DNA of 64,000 bases from Carcharhinus amblyrhynchos (taxonomy: Eukaryota). The position numbers and the translations under genes were made by a program. Below the pieces are notes generated by a model. That model did no database searches and was not told where the DNA came from. It saw only the letters and a program-made list of their open reading frames with translations. Positions within the stretch are counted from its first letter, which is position 1. The number at the start of each line of letters is the position of its first letter. Shown piece after piece: positions 1 to 10,557 of this stretch. The stretch is from contig OZ336898.1 in the NCBI GenBank assembly GCA_965287045.1, positions 26,598,001 through 26,662,000 on the forward strand, given 5' to 3'.

Positions 1-171
1 GGCTGAAACAAAACACATTCCACCAAAATTACCTCATCTCAAGCTAATGCAGTTTCTCACCCACACTACGAGAAGAAGTTAGAAATACGAAGATTGTATG
101 AACACATATATTTATACATATAAATATTATCTTTACTTTGAGGTAAATTGATTGTGTTGGCAATCAATCAG

Positions 172-448
172 AGAGGCAATGAGCTAATGGTACTATCGCT
201 AGACTATTAATCCAGAAACTCGGCTAATGTTCTGGGGACCCGGGTTTGAATCCCGCCACAGTAGATGGTGGAATTTGTTTTTAAGAAAAAATAGCTGGAA
301 TTAAGAATCTACTGATGACCTTGAAACCATTGTCTATTGTCAGAAAACCCCTCCTAGTTCACAAACGTCCTTTAGGAAAGGAAATCTGCATCTTTACCTG
401 GTCTGGCCTACATGTAAATCCAAAGGCACAGCAATGCAGTTGACTCTC
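172..448 (+). mobile_element. tRNA-derived SINE, 5' part (split by LTR at 449-1184)
   Basis: Degenerate A box near 179-190 and B box GGGTTTGAATCCC at ~242-254; body resumes at 1185 after CTCTC duplication. Confidence 0.75.
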
Positions 449-1184
449 TGTGATGTATTCAGCCAGGCTCATGAGGTTGGCTTGCTAGAGTTTGAACTAC
501 CTGATGAGTCCTTAGCTGGCACACCCTTTTCAGTTTTCTGAAAAACCTTTCACTGATGTTTTGTTTGCACTTCAGTCCCATGCTCCTGATCTATGAGCAC
601 CAGGTGCGGAGAGGTGTGGGTCAGGAGGATGACCCCCTTGTGAACCTGCTCCTGGGCTTGGTGAGGCATGTCATCAACAGGTCCAGACAGCAGGCGATCG
701 ACGGGGTCATCCACCCTGACTGTCTGCCCCTCTACCGCGGCTGTATTCATGGCCAGGTGTCCCTGGAAAGGGAGCATGCAGTGTCCACAGGCGCAGTCCA
801 TGCCTTCTGCGCCCGCTGGGCACCGCAGGTGCTGGGGTATATTACTGACCTTGACAATCACCTTTTGACTTGATGTTTTAAGTTTCCTTTGTGATTTGAT
901 TTTTGGTTCAGGCTGTTCCCCTCCTTTTTGGGGAGCTGCCCCTTTTAATTTGTCCCTTAGTTAATTTGAGTTTGTTTTACTCATTTGGCACGTGAAAAGA
1001 ACTACCTGATGAGTCCAAATTGATAGTTAGATCAGGGAGCCTCACGCTCCCTATTTAAAGCAGGTGTGTCAGACTCCCAGCCTGGATTCAGCAGGGAGCA
1101 ACTGGAGACCTGGCTGTGTACAGATGTATGGTGTAAATAAAGTAACTTGGTGACAGGACTTGTCGCCTCCGTGGAGTTATTATA
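449..1184 (+). mobile_element. Small solo LTR (~230 bp without nested LINE)
   Basis: Starts TGTGATG, ends TTATTATA; 5-bp TSD CTCTC (444-448/1185-1189); TATTTAAA and AATAAA motifs; related copy at 18596-19150 ends TTATTACA. Confidence 0.7.
512..998 (+). mobile_element. Tx1-clade LINE, 5'-truncated (ORF2 C-terminus + T-rich 3' UTR)
   Basis: ORF 556-873 LVNLLLGL..RSRQ..DCLPLYRG..VSLEREHAVSTG..F.ARWAP; 18-bp TSD GAACTACCTGATGAGTCC at 494-511 and 999-1016; homologues at 18790 and 52562. Confidence 0.8.
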
Positions 1185-1265
1185 CTCTCAACTGTGCTTC
1201 AAGGGCAACTAGTGATGGACAATAAATGCTGGTCGACCAGCAACACCTATGTCCCACGAATAAAT
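1185..1265 (+). mobile_element. tRNA-derived SINE, 3' part
   Basis: Tail GGGCAACTAG-GATGG-CAATAAATGCTGG shared with CR1-like LINE ends at 57560-57605 and (minus) 41060-41125. Confidence 0.7.
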
Positions 1266-1769
1266 ATAAGAAGTATACAACCAAGATAGAATGAAGTGTA
1301 CATTGAGGATAGAATCACTCAGAATCAAAAACCTAATGTTAAAGAACAATGTTTAAAGTTGTTTTATTATCTCGGCATTACATTGATGACTCAAGTGTTC
1401 GCGTGTTCTCAGTTTCTCAAATACGTTATGCAAAACCACCCAGACCAAACACAGTTCTACATAGGATAGACACTAAAACTTCACATTTCATGGTGCATCA
1501 GTGTTTAATGGTTTGTTATTTCCCGCATGTTTCACCTGATCGAGGCAAACGCTTCAGCCACAACTCAGTCAAAGGCCAATTACTTGGCATTTTGTTGCGA
1601 TACAACAAAACGATTGCCATGAAATGAGATATTTGAAGATGCAGTACCTGGCAAAGTATTTTTAATTAAGATTTCATTCTGTTTAAATGGTACAAGATAT
1701 TCAAAAACATTTTACTTTACAAGATGCACTTTGATGCTCCGCAAGATCAGGTGCTCTATCCTCGATACA

Positions 1770-2150
1770 TTTCTACGCCTTTTATGATTTCAGAACAACC
1801 CAAAGGACTTTGCAGCCCATATGGTTTTGAAGTGTAGTTATTCATGTAACATATGCAAAGGTGGTTGCCAGTTGATGCAGAAGGTCCCACAAACAGCAAT
1901 GGAATAAATGACCAGATGATTTTTTTCTTAAGCAGTGTTGATTGAGACACAAGTCTCAGCCAGGTGAGCAGGCAAACTCCCCCTGTTTATCTTTGAATAG
2001 TATCATGGGATTTTGGAACCTCAGTTTATTGTCTCAATGGAAAGGCGGCACTTTGGACAGTTTAGGATTCCTTCAATACTCCACTGACATGTGGTTCTGA
2101 CTCTGGTGTCAGTTTCCTGGAGTGGATTCATATCCTTAAATTGAGATAGA
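1770..2150 (-). mobile_element. DeuSINE (SacSINE1-like), decayed
   Basis: TTTTGAAGTGTAG..CCCACAAACAGCAAT..ATGACCAGAT..GAAAGGCGGCAC motifs shared with other copies in window. Confidence 0.65.
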
Positions 2151-2236
2151 AATGTTTGGGGAAAAAAAACCCTCCAAACTTCAAGTTAGGCGTACATAAG
2201 ACAATGTCTAAAGTACTGCTGAAAATGTATTTATCA

Positions 2237-2480
2237 GGGGTGGGAGGGATTTTCAACTGGCTCATCACTGGCCATCGATGCAAATTTCCAGTCCTGCCAA
2301 TATTCACGCTGCTTTGTGTGGCTCACCTGCCCTGTTGCCAGAGAGCCCACTGCGGTTGGATGGAGGTAGGGAGAGGATTGGGGGGGGGTGAGGGGGAGGT
2401 GGGTGGATGAAGGGTGGTTGTGGTGTCACGTTCGATGGGACCTTCAGATCCCGCTGGCCGGAAGGGCTGGAAAATCCAAT
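2237..2480. mobile_element. MITE (GGGC/GGAT-TTTT terminal family, Harbinger-like)
   Basis: Imperfect terminal inverted repeats GGATTTTCAAC / GCTGGAAAATCC; G-rich core. Confidence 0.5.
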
Positions 2481-2594
2481 GATTAATCTCTTTTAAAGCA
2501 CAAAGACAACCCGAAGCTAGCACTGTGGTGAGCTAAAATTCACAAGGGGAACTTAAAATTACGTAACCTACAAACTCAGCTCCAAGCACAATCT

Positions 2595-4563
2595 CCATGG
2601 CCCTGGTCAAGAAGAAGGAGGAGGCACATAACATGCACAGGCAGCTGGGATTAAGTGAATCCCTTGAAGAGTATAGAAGGAGTAGTATTAAGGGAGAAAT
2701 CAGGAGGGCAACAAGAGGGCATGAGTTTGATTTGGCAGATAAGGCAAAGGAGAATCCAAAGAGATTTTACAAATATATAAAGGGCAAAAGAGTAACTAGG
2801 GAGACAGTAGGGCTTCTTAAGGGTCGTTAAGATCATCTATGCACAGATCTACAAGAGATGAGTGAGATCCTAAATGAATATTTCTCGTCAGTATTTACTG
2901 TTGAGAAAAGCATGGATGTTAGGAAACTTGGGGAAATAAATAGTGATGTCTTGAGGAATGTACATACAGCAGATGCTGGAAATCTTAAAGTGCATCAAGG
3001 TAGATAAATCCCCAGGACCTGATGAAGCATATCCCAGGATGTTGCGGGAGGCAAGGGAGGAAATTACGGGTCCCCGAGCAAAGATATTTGAATCATTGAG
3101 AGCCAGAGGTGAGGTGCCTTAAGATTGGAGGGTGGCAAATGTTGTGCCTTTGTTTAAAAAGATCTGCAGGGAAAAGCCTGGGAATTATAGGCCGGTGAGC
3201 TTCAAATCTGTGATGGGTAAATTGTTGGAAGATATTTTGAGAGACAGGATCGATAGACATAACAGGTGCAAGAACTGATTAGGAACAGTTAGCATGGTTT
3301 GTGAGTGGAAAATCGTGTCTCACAAATTTGATTGAGTTTTTTCAAGGGGTAACCAAGAAAGTTGATGTTGTCTACATGGACTTTAGCGAGGCCTTTGACA
3401 AGGTACCACATGGTAGGTTGTTGCATAAGGTTAAATCTCACGGGATTCAGGGTGAGGTAGCCAAATGGATAGAAAATGGCCTCGATGACAGAGACATAGG
3501 GTGTTGTAGAGGGTTTTCTTTCAAACTGGAGGCCTGTGACCAGCGGTGTGCCTCAGGGTTCGGTGCTGGATCCACTGTTATTTGTAATTTATATTAATAA
3601 TTTGGATGAGAATATAGGGGGCATGCTTATTAAGTTTAACAGATGACTCCAAGATTGGTGGCATAGTGGACAATGAAAAAGGTTATCTCGGATTGCAACA
3701 GGATCTTGATCAACTGGGCCAGTAGACTGACGAATGGTAGACGGAGTTTAACTCAGACAAATGTGAGGTGATGCATTTTGGTATATTGAACCAGGGCAGG
3801 ACTTACTCAGTTAATGGTAGGGCATTAGGGAGAGTTACAGAACAAAGTGATCTAGAGGTACAGGTTCATATCTCCTTGAAAATGAAATCACAGGTGGACA
3901 GAGTCATGAAGAAGGCATTCGGCATGCTTGGTTTCATTGGTCAGAACATTGAATACAGGAGTTGGGACATCTCGTTGAAGTTGTATAAGACATTGGTAAG
4001 GCCACACTTGGAATACCGAGTGCAATTCTGTTCACCCTATTATAGAAAGGATATTGTTAAACTAGAAAGAGTACAGAAAAGATTTACTAGGATGCTACCA
4101 GGACTTGATGGTTTGAGTTAAAGGAGAGGCTCAATAGACTGGGACTTTTTTCTCTGGAGCATAGGAGACCTAGGGTTGATCTTACAGTGGTCTATAAAAT
4201 AATGAGGGGCATAAATCAGCTTGGTAGTCAGTATCTTTTCCCAAAGGTAGGGGAGTCTAAAACTAGAGGACAGAGATTTAAGGTTAGAGGGAAGAGATAT
4301 AAAGGGGTCCAGAGGGGCAATTTTTTTCACACAGATGGTGGTGAGTCTCTGGAATGAGCTACCTGAGGTAGTGGTAGAGGCAGGTGCAATTTTGTCTTTT
4401 TAAAAGCGTTTAGACAGTTACATGGGTAAGATGGCTATCGAGGGATATGGGCCAAATGCGGGCAATTGGACTAGCTTTGTCTTTAAAAAAAAAGGACAGC
4501 ATGGGCAAGCTGGGCCGAAGGGCCTACTTCCATGCTGTAAACCTCTACGGCTCTATGACTCTA
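2595..4563 (+). mobile_element. CR1/HER1-type LINE, 5'-truncated, frameshifted RT
   Basis: [33 protein letters not shown](D)P-like, LVRPHLEY..LERVQKRFTRM motifs; 3' tail CTCTATGACTCTA. Confidence 0.92.
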
Positions 4564-4924
4564 TTGATCATACTGCAAATCCTTCACGCAGTTCAAACTA
4601 AATGGATGAATCCAAAGAGAGTTGCCATTCCCTGGTGTTACGCTACAGAGTAAATGTTTGCTGCACTCAATCTTGGCATCCATGTGTTTGTTCCAAGCCC
4701 AGGGATTTTGCATAGAAGAAATGACATGCTTCACTCGAGTTTAAAGACACATTAACCAATTTAATAATAAATTAAGAAAATCAACATTTTATGAACCAAA
4801 GCATTTTGGTTTTTGGCAGTATATTTACTCACAGCCAAGTTTCCTCTTCCAGAAATAGGGAAAATGCATGAAGTGAATGAAACAAACCATTGTCAATGCC
4901 ACTTTCCTGAATCCTAGGCTTGGT

Positions 4925-5122
4925 AATTTCAGTAGGCTGGATGGCTGGTTTGTGATGCAGAGCACTACTGACAGGGCAGGTTCAGTTCCTACACTAGCTG
5001 AGTTTATTTATGAAGACCCTGCCTTCTCAACCTTGTCCCTCACTTGAGGTGTGCTTATCCTCAGATTAAATCACCACCTGTCAGCTCTCCCCCTCAAAAG
5101 GGGCTATGACGGCTTCATCTTT
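4925..5122 (+). mobile_element. Short tRNA-derived SINE (second family)
   Basis: Degenerate A/B boxes; reverse-complement copy at 14010-14200 (CCTTCTCAACCTTGTCCCTCAC shared). Confidence 0.55.
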
Positions 5123-5177
5123 ATACACACCCAGCTTATGGTCCATGTTATAGAAGATACTGTTCTTGCATCACATC

Positions 5178-5442
5178 GAGGCGGCACAGTGGTTAGCACT
5201 ACTGCCTCACAATGCCAGGGACCTGGGTTTGATTCCCAGCTTGGGTCACTGTCTGTGGCACTTACACATTCTCCTTGTGTTTGCATGGATTTCTTCTGGG
5301 TGCTCGGGTTTCCTCCTACAGTCTGAAAGACATGCTGTTTAGGTGCATTGACCTGAACAGGCACCAGAATGGGGCAACTAGGGGAATTTCACAGTAACTT
5401 CATTGCAGTGTTAATGTAAGCCTACTGTGACTAATAAATAAA
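5178..5442 (+). mobile_element. V-SINE (HE1 head, Rex1-type tail B)
   Basis: GGCGGCACAGTGGTTAGCAC head; tail TTTCACAGTAACTTCATTGCAGTGTTAATGTAAGCCTACTGTGACTAATAAA. Confidence 0.85.
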
Positions 5443-5534
5443 ACACAGCAAGCATGAATCTAAAGATGTTATCATTTTGCTGTCGTCCCCAACAACCCCC
5501 AGCCCTACAAACAAACACACATACACACACTTCC

Positions 5535-5650
5535 CATGAGGTCAGATATGCCTGCCCGAAGTTAATGGCCTTTTGCTGATCCATTGGTCAAGTGTTTTAT
5601 TCCGTCTGCTATGATTCCTGCTGCAGGCAGGAACAGAAAATTCCGCCCTT
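5535..5650. mobile_element. MITE fragment
   Basis: Ends GAAAATTCCGCCC, similar to 20266-20393. Confidence 0.4.
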
Positions 5651-5840
5651 AGTCGTTCATTTTGCGCCACCGAGGTGTGCGTGTTTTCACTGCACACTGG
5701 ATTCCCTGTGGGTAACGTGCACAGTTAAAGTATAAAGCTATTTAGGAAGCAATAGGATTTAGTTAACATCAAGCTCACAGAGAACATGTATCCCCCCGCC
5801 ACTTCCTTCTCTTTCACTGCCATACAAAGTCCCAGAAGCG

Positions 5841-6023
5841 CTGAAAATAACAAAACAGCTGAAAATGCTGAGATGTCAGAACCTGCAGGGAACACAGACA
5901 GATTACCAGTTCAAAGGTGAATGCCCATTGCTGACAAAGAGCGGTCACCTAAGATTACCTGGGTCTTTTCAATTCACAGATGCTAATCGGACTGTTGTAT
6001 ACATTCAGCGCTTTTTGTTTTCA
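5841..6023. mobile_element. Decayed Penelope-like inverted pseudo-LTR pair
   Basis: Imperfect palindrome (AACAAAACAGCTGAA / TTCAGCGCTTTTTGTT); CACAGATGCT motif as in other Penelope-like pieces. Confidence 0.35.
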
Positions 6024-6809
6024 TTGTTGGTACAGGGGACTTGCTAAATTTCCTCTTTTATTTCACGTAAATGTCATTTAAACCATGCAAGGGAACAGAG
6101 CTGTGAGTGCTATGACAATTGAAACACACAAGGCTAAGGAAAATAGAACATGGAGAGACGGGAGTGCCGAGAGACAGACAGCAAAAACGGAAGAGTGGAG
6201 GTGAGTTACAGTCAGTGGTGAAATAACGGAATAGAAGAGTAGGTTCGATGGGTTGAATGTTTCAGTGTTCGAGTAACTCTATCACGTGAACTAACCACAA
6301 GAGGCTGCCACGATATTCATCGCCAACATAGGAAACAAAGAAATCTAACAAGGTTGAAACCAAAGATAAGTACATGCTTTAAGAATACAATACCCCTTGT
6401 CATTGAAATTAACTTGATAAACCATTTGCTTTATTATCAGTGGAAAGGACATAATCCAGACATCTTCAGTGCCAGCTTCTTGTAAAACACGCCAACCATT
6501 GCATTGTACTAAAGGTCACAGTCCTGTTGGATACTTGTACACTTCAGGTGCAGCTAAATACTCATTCACAACCATACAGAATACAAGATTTGAAACAGTG
6601 CTGAGAGACAGCGAGTATGACAGCACTGCAATAGTAGATACTGCACATGGCACAATGAACATGCATCTTTGATGTTGCCACTGCGCAAACAACCTCTGAG
6701 CACAGACTCTTTTTATTATTCAAAGTTTGATATACTATTATTGCAGAGGAAGGGTTGCTGTTGACACGATGTAATTTGCAGACCTTTATAAAAGTACACA
6801 CTTGGAGAA

Positions 6810-7050
6810 AGTTGTATCAGAGGATGAGCAAAAAAAGCAAGGGAAGATTGAGGGGGAAAGAGGTTGGGAAGTTTTTTTAAAACAAGGAAAATTATAAAAA
6901 TATGAAATGAACTGCCTGAAACAGCGGTGGAAGGATATTCAATGGTAACTTTCAAAAAGGGAATTGGATAAACAATTGAATAAAACAGCAGGAAAGTGGA
7001 AATTGTTCAATAGCTCCTCAAGGACACGATGAGCTGAATGATCTTTTTCT
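6810..7050 (+). mobile_element. Old CR1 3' end
   Basis: AACTGCCTGAAACAGCGGTGGAA..AACTTTCAAAAAGGGAATTGGATAA resembles CR1 ORF2 end. Confidence 0.5.
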
Positions 7051-7056
7051 GTTTCA

Positions 7057-7277
7057 TTTAAGTTTTTAAGTTTATTTATTAATATAAGTAGCTAGTAGGC
7101 TCACATTAACACTGCAATAAAGTTACTGTGAAAATCCCCTACTCGCCACACTCAGGTACCTATTCGGGTACACTGAGGGAGAATTTAACATGGCCAATGT
7201 ATTTAACTAGCACATCTGTCAGAATGTGGGAGGAAACTGGAGCACCCGGAGGAAACCCCCGCAGACATGGGGAGAAC
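7057..7277 (-). mobile_element. V-SINE tail-B subfamily, head truncated
   Basis: Reverse complement of tail B and V-domain. Confidence 0.85.
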
Positions 7278-7280
7278 TGA

Positions 7281-7548
7281 TGCAAGCGTAAGCATCTCAT
7301 GCATATTCATTAAACAGCCAGCTCATCAGAATTAAGTTGGCCTTCCAAATTAAATTCAGCACCGGCAAGAATTTAGAATGCTCAGCTTGATGACTGTATG
7401 TAAGTGGCATGCGCCTGGCAGGCTTCACCTCTTCCACGTCTTTTGAGGCCAGTTAATGCTACTTTTGACTTCTTGGGGATGTTGCACAACTCCACGCATA
7501 ATTGGAATTTGCATGTTCTCCACCTGCCTGTGTGGGCTTCCTCCGGAT
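7281..7548 (+). repeat. Copy 1 of ~270-bp duplicated composite segment
   Basis: About 85% identical by eye to 8629-8895, including junction into HE1. Confidence 0.8.
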
Positions 7549-7775
7549 GCTCCGGTTTCCTCCCGCAGTCCAAAGATATGCAAATCAGCTGGACTAGCCA
7601 TTCTCAATTATACCTTAGTGCCCAAAGATGTGTGGCTTAGATTGACTAACCATGGTAAATATGTGAAGTTCTGGAGATAATGTGGGCGAGTGGTCCTGGG
7701 TCAGATGCTCTTTTGCAGCCATGTTCCAGTTTCAGTGGGCCAAATGGCCCCCTGCTGCACTGTAGGGATTCTATG
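7503..7775 (+). mobile_element. HE1 V-SINE, 5'-truncated (CR1-type tail A)
   Basis: V-domain TTTCCTCCCGCAGTCCAAAGAT; tail CTGCACTGTAGGGATTCTATG. Confidence 0.85.
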
Positions 7776-7814
7776 TCGAATTCCGGTAAAAAATGTTGCA
7801 CCAAGGCTGGACAT

Positions 7815-7912
7815 GGGCTAAATTGTCTGGCCCTTCCTGCCAGCCAGTCTGGAAAATCATGCCAGCAGAACTGGAAGAGCCCACTGTCGGGAAAGGCCAG
7901 AAATTTCAGCCC
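7815..7912. mobile_element. 98-bp MITE
   Basis: TIRs GGGCTAAATTGTCTGGCCCTT / AAAGGCCAGAAATTTCAGCCC. Confidence 0.65.
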
Positions 7913-8035
7913 AACATTTATTCAAATATTCAGTAACTTTCATAATTGAAACAAATTCAATGGGTGAAACCAGTACCTGATATGGAAAATACAGGCGTTG
8001 GTGAGGATAAAACTTGACATCTTTCTGACATGCCA

Positions 8036-8115
8036 TCAGGCTCTGCACAAACAGTGATCCAAGCCAAAAATCAAACCCAGGTCCCTGGCAGTGTGAGGCA
8101 GCAGTGCCACCGTGT
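8036..8115 (-). mobile_element. HE1 SINE head fragment
   Basis: CCCAGGTCCCTGGCAGTGTGAGGCAGCAGTGC. Confidence 0.75.
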
Positions 8116-8134
8116 GACACATAATCCACACAAA

Positions 8135-8318
8135 GGGTGGGATTCTCCAGCCTCCCCTCTCCCCAGCGGTAAGACCACGGGCAGGATCTCCTGGTCCCAT
8201 CAAAGTCGATGGTGATTTATATTCCTCACCCGTGTCTCTGTCAACAAACACGTGGCAGGGGCCGACTTTGGAGGGGTTGGAAGATCCCACCTGTGGAACA
8301 GACTGGAGAATTGCACCC
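8135..8318. mobile_element. 184-bp MITE
   Basis: TIRs GGGTGGGATTCTCCAG / CTGGAGAATTGCACCC. Confidence 0.65.
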
Positions 8319-8628
8319 CTGGTCACTTGAAATGCAAACTAACATTATTTAGGTGTAAAATATCAAAAGATGGCATTAGAGGATATGCTGGATAAGGCTC
8401 ACAAGAAGTCGCCACACTCTGTCACCATGTAATAATAATAAATAAATCCATCAATTCAATAAAAATATAAGGCACATATCAAATGACCGGAGTCTTCCAG
8501 CCCCACCAGCAGTGGGAATCATGCAGGTTGGGGCATTTAATTTGGTGACATGCAAAAAAAATCTGTTTCCTGATGGCTGAATAAACCGTTTGGCTCTCAG
8601 TGTTGAACTTCCCATTGGGAAATCCGTT

Positions 8629-8895
8629 TGCAAGCATGAGCATCTCATTCATACTCATTAAAAGGCCAGCTCATCAGAATTAAGTTGGCCTTCCAAATTA
8701 AGTTCACTGCCAGCAAGAATTTAGAATGCTCAGGTTTACGACTGTATGTAAGTGGCGTGCGCCTGGCAGGCTTCACCTCTTCCATGTCTTTGAGGTCAGT
8801 CAATACTGCTTTTGCCTTCTTGTGGACTTTGCATAACACCACACCTAAATAGAGTTTGCATGTTTTCCACCTGTCTGCATGGGTTTTCTCCAGGT
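8629..8895 (+). repeat. Copy 2 of duplicated composite segment
   Basis: Matches 7281-7548; HE1 part interrupted by young CR1. Confidence 0.8.
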
Positions 8896-9387
8896 AGGCT
8901 GATACCGGAGTTGAGGGGATTGAGCTCTGAGGAGAGGCTGAATAAACTAGGCTTGTACTCGTTAGAGTTTAGAAGAATGAGGGGAGATCTCATTGAGACG
9001 TATAAGATGATGAATGGGATGGATAGGATAGAGGTGGAGAGACTCTTCCCGCTCAGAAAAGACAGTAGGACTAGGGGGCACAGCCTCAAGATAAAGGGGA
9101 GGCGGTTTAGAACGGAGTTGAGGAGGAACTTCTTCACTCAAAGGGTGGTGAATCTCTGGAATTCTCTGCCCGTTGAAGTGGTGGAGGCTGCCTCGCTAAA
9201 TATTTTTAAGACGCGGGTTGATGGGTTCTTGATAAGAGAGGGGATTAAGGGTTATGGGGAGAGGGCGGGAAAGTGGAACTGAGCCACAACAGATCAGCCA
9301 TGATCTTACTGAATGGCGGGGCAGGCTCGAAGGGCTAGATGGCCTACTCCTGCTCCTATTTCTTATGTTCTTATGTTCTTATGTTCT
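8896..9387 (+). mobile_element. Young CR1 LINE 3' end inserted in HE1
   Basis: Open ORF2 C-terminus ERLNKLGLYSLEFRRMRGDLIE..FFTQRVVNLWNSLP; (TTCTTATG)n tail; about 16 differences in ~465 bp vs 36460-36930. Confidence 0.93.
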
Positions 9388-9567
9388 CCCACAGTCCAAA
9401 GATGGGCGGGTTAGATTGATTTGCCATGCAATATTGCCTCTCAATGTCTGGGCTTTAGCAGGGTTAATACATGCGGTTACGGGGATAGGGCCTGGGTAGA
9501 ACTTTGTCAGTGCAGGCTTGATGGGCGAAATGGCCTCCTTCTGCACTCTAGGGATTCTATGATTCTA
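9385..9567 (+). mobile_element. HE1 SINE 3' part (continuation from 8851-8895)
   Basis: CCCACAGTCCAAAGAT..GGGATTCTATGATTCTA. Confidence 0.85.
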
Positions 9568-9718
9568 ACTCAGCCACTAAAACCTTTATAAAAGCAATAT
9601 GCCATGTAATAACATTGATCCCAGATTACAATGTACATAAATTTAATAATACAATGTAATGTTAGTTAAAGTAAACTGGTGGTTTAAACACAAAGATCCA
9701 AATATCCTTCCATTTGTA

Positions 9719-9890
9719 AGTCCAAAGATGTGTGGGTTGGGTTGGTTAGCTATGCTGAATTGCCCTTTAGTGTCAGGAGATTAGCAGTGTAAATAGGTGG
9801 GGGAATGGAAAAAGGGCTTGGGTGGGACTGTTGTTGGTGCAGACTTGATGGACCAAGTGGCCACTTTCTGCACTATAAGGATTCTATGAT
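9719..9890 (+). mobile_element. HE1 SINE 3' half
   Basis: GTCCAAAGATGTG..GGATTCTATGAT. Confidence 0.8.
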
Positions 9891-10557
9891 ATCATACAGC
9901 AGAAAGGCTGTGAAAAGCGAAAGAAAAAGTTATTCAACAGAAGGCAAAATGTATTGTCAAGCCCCTAGTGCAAGCCAAGCAGGTACAAGATGATGGATAT
10001 GTTCATTTTTTTGAAACAATTCTCTTGAATTCCACCAATATTTACTGGTTTACTTTGACTTCTTGTAAGACAGTATCAGATCAGAGTGTTGTGAAATACA
10101 AACCATTTATGATAGCAAGTTAAGCCCTCTCTGTCTGGAAGGCATTGAACTGTAAAGTGCTGTCTTCAGGGGGCTAAGTGAATGCTGAAATGTGTTCACT
10201 AACCCTGTGTAGAAACTCCTACACATCTCAGGAGTGTCAAGTGTATTAGACTTGTTATGAGTACGAGAGGAGGGGTAACAATTGACTCCCCTAATTTACC
10301 ACACCAGGTCTAGCTGTGACAGGTTTTCATTGTGAATGTAGTGATATTGTGCTCTGCCATTGCTGCAGGTGTTTGGGACCATAACCAGACAGGTTTTGAA
10401 TTTGAATAAAAGAATGCGATAAGATGAGATAACTTCCTGATTTAAAGAAAGCACCAGTTAATCGTAACTCTCATTCATATATGTTTCACACATTCCTTGG
10501 GCCCATACACGCTCCTGATAGATTATAAAGGGTAGCTGTATAAAGAGTGAATATAAA

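Noticed and set aside
499-511. CTGATGAGTCC in the LTR/TSD looks like a hammerhead core (retrozyme-like LTR)
   Set aside because: No GGAC-GAAA partner downstream at either copy, and the second LTR reads CTGATTGAG
4592-4650. Peptide NPKRVAIPWCYAT resembling a kringle motif, with AG/GT flanks
   Set aside because: Short, lacks the other kringle cysteines, and no companion exons; likely chance
6441-6672. Open frame after an AG, possible terminal exon (GKDIIQ...MNMHL)
   Set aside because: No recognisable homology; length within chance expectation
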